Assembly (NCBI GenBank): GCA_040954595.2
Contig: CM082583.2
Span: 1,808,925-1,872,924 of the forward strand
Direction: 5' to 3'
Origin: Balanoglossus misakiensis
Lineage: Eukaryota > Animalia > Hemichordata
DNA length: 64,000 bases
Shown: piece by piece, positions 60,304 to 64,000 of the stretch
Position numbering within the stretch: position 1 is the first letter of the stretch
Layout of the letters: each line of letters opens with the position of its first letter
The notes under the pieces: generated by a model
Seen by the model: the letters and a program-made list of their open reading frames with translations, nothing else
Database searches by the model: none
Told to the model about the DNA's origin: nothing
Position numbers and translations under genes: made by a program

Positions 60304-63300
60304 TTAACTGCTCTTTTCATTGAGGTCTGACAACATCGCTTTCTTTAACTTTTTGTCTTCTAATTTTATCAGTAATCCAGATAAAATAATGCAATTTCGC
60401 CTCTTCGTGTACCATTCAAGTTCTTGATTGCTGAACATCGGGTCAAGTTGCGACTTCAGTCCAATTGTTTCAGGTCAAATGTTGTAGCTCTCAGGTAGGA
60501 TGTAAACTTGGAAGACAACACGAGCTTTATGAATTACTCCGTCAATAGAGAAGCTGTGGTAGTTTTAAATAGAACACAAAATGTTGGGTTAATGTTTATT
60601 GAGTCAGTTTGGATGGATTGTTCCTACTGTGTAGATCCAGAGACTCTGTAATTCCTTCCGTCGTGTGAACATTAGCGTTTGGGATGCGACAAAGTACTGT
60701 GGCAAGATTAGTAATGTCTTTCATAGTGTGGTCAGGCATTCTTAAGCGATATCCATTGAGGCTTTTGAGAAATGGCTGTGTTGTTTTGCAGATATAGCAC
60801 TCGGTGAACTACAAAGCTCACATCGTAATCTACTCTGCTATAACAGAAACGCCTTTGGTAATTTCATGGCCCCATTAAAAGTTAAGGCAGAATATCGAAA
60901 AGATATAGCTTGACCATTTTAACCGGTTTCTCTCAACAGCTTCAGTTTTCAGCCAATCTCCACGATTGGGATGCCCTTATAGTTTTTAGAAATTCAATGA
61001 GTGTAAAGTTAGCCTGTTACCCTACCTTTCTGCAGTAGCATAGTGATCCTCGGCAGAATATCTAATACTTGGAGATAGGAACACTTGCTTTGTGTCAAAG
61101 TCAATGACACCACCAGTGCCCGTATTTAAATGTCCAGAGCGTTCGCTTAATTTATTGCCTTGCATGGTGGTATCACCTAAAACAAAGTTATTAGACAAGT
61201 ACATGTATTTTAGAATACGAAGTTAATATTATATGTGTGCTGAAATATTTATTGCACTCGAACATTGTAGTGTAAGCGGGACAGGATGATGTCAGTGCAG
61301 ATAATTAAATTCCATAATCTGCATGGCGTTGCATTTTATATCCGAATGACTCCCCAATGCTTCCCAACTTTGAAAATTACCTAGAAGACAAATTCTAGAA
61401 AAATTAAGTCTGGCATTACTTTGGATAATCTATTCTGAGAGTTTTCTCTGGAAATGCAAAATAAGTGTTTCATACACATATTTTTCATTCTAGGGAGAAA
61501 TAAAATGTAATGTCATTACTTGCCCGCGCTTTCAAAATATCCTACCATGTGAATGATGTTTTCGATATGAGTCTGACTATGATGGAATTTAAATATAATA
61601 CTGACAATGTTGTTAAACCACCAGCGATTTATAATTTGTTCTATTAGTATACACTATTCCAAAGCACCCCCTTGTCGATTTCCTGAACGGGATAACACTT
61701 ATAATGTTAGTCTCTGTAGATATATAATAGTTTAGAGTGGCGACATAGTGTTGGTATAAACTGACCTGGTTGTAGAAGATCTCCAGATACAAGTATGCTT
61801 TTAACTGCATTTTTCGTTGTTCCGTGGAAAGCTCGATGCCATTTTTTATATACGTTCAGCACGTCCACACGAGGATGAACCCTAAAAATGTACGACGTAA
61901 ATATAGGAATTTCGTTGAAAAAGGACTAACCCAGCTCATATATGTCATGTTTTTCCCAATGTTATTATAAAAATATTTGCAAGGTGAATATATACGGTGT
62001 ATCTCAAAATGGAGACTTGGGGTAGTTGAAGATGCATGCACAAGTCATTTACTCTAACGCTTATAACACATGCATCACACAGCTACCAAAGATATCAAAA
62101 AGCAGGTTTTACAGATTTCACACATTGCAACTATATGGAAATAAAAAACTGAGCAGTACACTGTAGACTTTCATTAATTGTCAGAATCAACACCTATTTA
62201 ACACCCACGAGGTCCCAATGACATTTAAACATAAAACCAACGGTGAAAACTGACACTATCCAAATTACTTGTTGGATAAGAAACTGTGGATTTGAAATAT
62301 GATCTGTGACGAAGAAATGTTCTTATCAAAGAGAATTATTGCCTGAATAAATGGTTTACGGGTCCTCGTGACAGGAGATCATTTGCCCTCCTGCGTTGGG
62401 CAAATGTCCCCTTGCACTCGGGTCCATAACCCATGTAGTCCATGCAATAGTGTATAAATACTCACTTTATACCAAATCGATACCATCCGATTGGTAGTGC
62501 ATATAATGCCGGAGGTTCACCACGTTCGTAATACTGGTCATCGCCATGGCACACATGACAGTAACACTTGTCGAACTTGGCATTAAAGAGTTTATCTGCA
62601 GTAGAGGGCATTCAACAAGCGTTTAACAAAATTGGGCAATTGTAGTGTTGAAGAGACGAACGCATATATGAAGTTACTTTAACCATTCTTCTTCAAAACG
62701 GGTTGCATAATTTTGGAAAAAATAAAAATGCTGTTTTCGATACAGTGACATGGAGCCACAACTACATGCAACATGTGTACATGGGACAAGCAATCCAAAC
62801 AATTTCCATTCTATCTACTTTAAAGTTCAACGGTGCCCCTGATTTTTGAATAACAGCACGTTTTTTCCTGTGTATGTAATAAATAGATTATCCGATTAAT
62901 GCCACCAATTGCAATAAAGTGTATATTTTAAGAAATATTTATACATGTAGTTAAATATGCATCCTAATCATGCATCCCAAATTCAAATACTAGGTCATCT
63001 TACAGAGTATTTTCGGCGAACCCATTTGAACCATTAATTTCGTGAGAGACTTTAGCATGTGTTATAATCTGAATGTGTTAATTAAATATCTACACAAATT
63101 TGATAGAAAGAAAACGTCATATAGTTTGCAAACATAACAATAAACAAATCACCCACTAATACAATGTATTTTAGCTATGACTAAATCTCTTCATTGCCCA
63201 CCTGGCATGTTCAGTTCCCTCTTCAATTTTTCGGCAATGCCTTTGCACTCACACGATTGTTCTTCGCTGTTAGAGATACCTGCATGGATTAAATAGCACA

Positions 63301-64000
63301 ATAAACCACGGTATGCATTATCAGTGCTCTACATAAAACTGAATTAGCCTCATACTTTGATAACATTAAACCGTTACATTCTGCAAGTAGCACTGGTCCA
63401 TAGAAGAGCAATGACGTATGCACTATATGTAAACATTATTGTAACATCGAGCGATTGGCGAGTCAGATCACCAGATAGCCATCACTGATATGGAAACCAG
63501 GCAAGGGTCCATGAAAACATAACGGATATTACTAGAAATAATTCAATTTGACTAAAAGCTGCAAATAATGGCATACAAACAGCGGGGAGAGGAAAATGAA
63601 ATAAAGTGCGATTGTATTTAAGACGTGTTATGTCACGATAAATTGACAATGTGAATACATTTATAATATTTTGTAACGAGGGAAAAATTGTACCTGTTTT
63701 ACGTTTGGTAGTCGCCTTTTCTTCTTGAGGTTTTATGTCAGACAACGCTTTCTGTGCCGTGTAGATATATGTAGGACAGGTATCTACATCTTTTCGCCGC
63801 ACTATTTTCTTCAGTTGTTTATAGTAGTCTCCCATGGCCAGTTCAGCACTGCATTCTGATTTGTTTCGAACGAGCACAAGCAAGGTAGTGGCTGCACAAT
63901 CCTTTTCCGCTTGCTTTCCCGTTTTGATCAGCGATAGCAACAATTTAACTGTACCTTTTCTGACAATGTTGGCGGTGTTGTACTTGTTAGATGCAAGTAC
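60304..64000 (-). CDS. ARM-repeat + NEURL4-like ADP-ribosyltransferase-domain gene (5' part outside window; in-frame TGA at 60475-60477)
   Basis: Exons >64000-63694 (ARM-like), 63279-63202, ~62596-62466 (CYCHVCH..RGEPP..YALPIGWYRF), 61881-61766 (WHRAFHGT..SILVSG.L.PG), ~61176-61026 (FLSPSIRYS) and 60553-60304 (ARVVFQV..P.SY.*PETIG..DP.F.N.ELEW.TK..LSGLLI). Confidence 0.8.

Noticed and set aside
22283-60477. Alternative genetic code with TGA as sense
   Set aside because: TGA terminates the sulfatase at its expected end (44029-44031), and the long ORFs show no regular TGA use.

Overview
AT-rich, intron-containing animal genomic DNA, probably a marine invertebrate (taxon not determinable from sequence alone). 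1-14.5 kb: edge of a decaying 5S rDNA tandem array (~1.07-kb unit, 9 minus-strand 5S copies, 2 truncated), interrupted by a DIRS-type tyrosine-recombinase retrotransposon and a TTAA MITE. 15.3-19.7 kb: a chimeric 1783-bp tandem repeat joining PIF/Harbinger transposase and arylsulfatase exon fragments. 21.9-44.0 kb: a multi-exon arylsulfatase-B-like gene whose intron holds a 16.1-kb nest of two TATGG..CCATA (IS3EU-like) DNA transposons, each with its own 6-bp TSD. The inner 14.0-kb element is the most notable feature. It has 1.1-kb minisatellite-containing TIRs and two convergent genes, an intact SAM-HTH-DDE transposase and a spliced SAM/UBZ-zinc-finger/HECT E3 ligase. The ligase frame appears to need a -1 frameshift at G_GGA_AAG, followed by a hairpin. 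The rest contains an L2-like LINE, a coiled-coil/pentraxin gene with a stop, palindromic repeat debris, an RTE-X-like LINE flanked by a 460-bp duplication, a Helentron-like element and an ARM + NEURL4-like ADP-ribosyltransferase gene running off the right edge. Exon boundaries were read by eye and may be off by a few bases.
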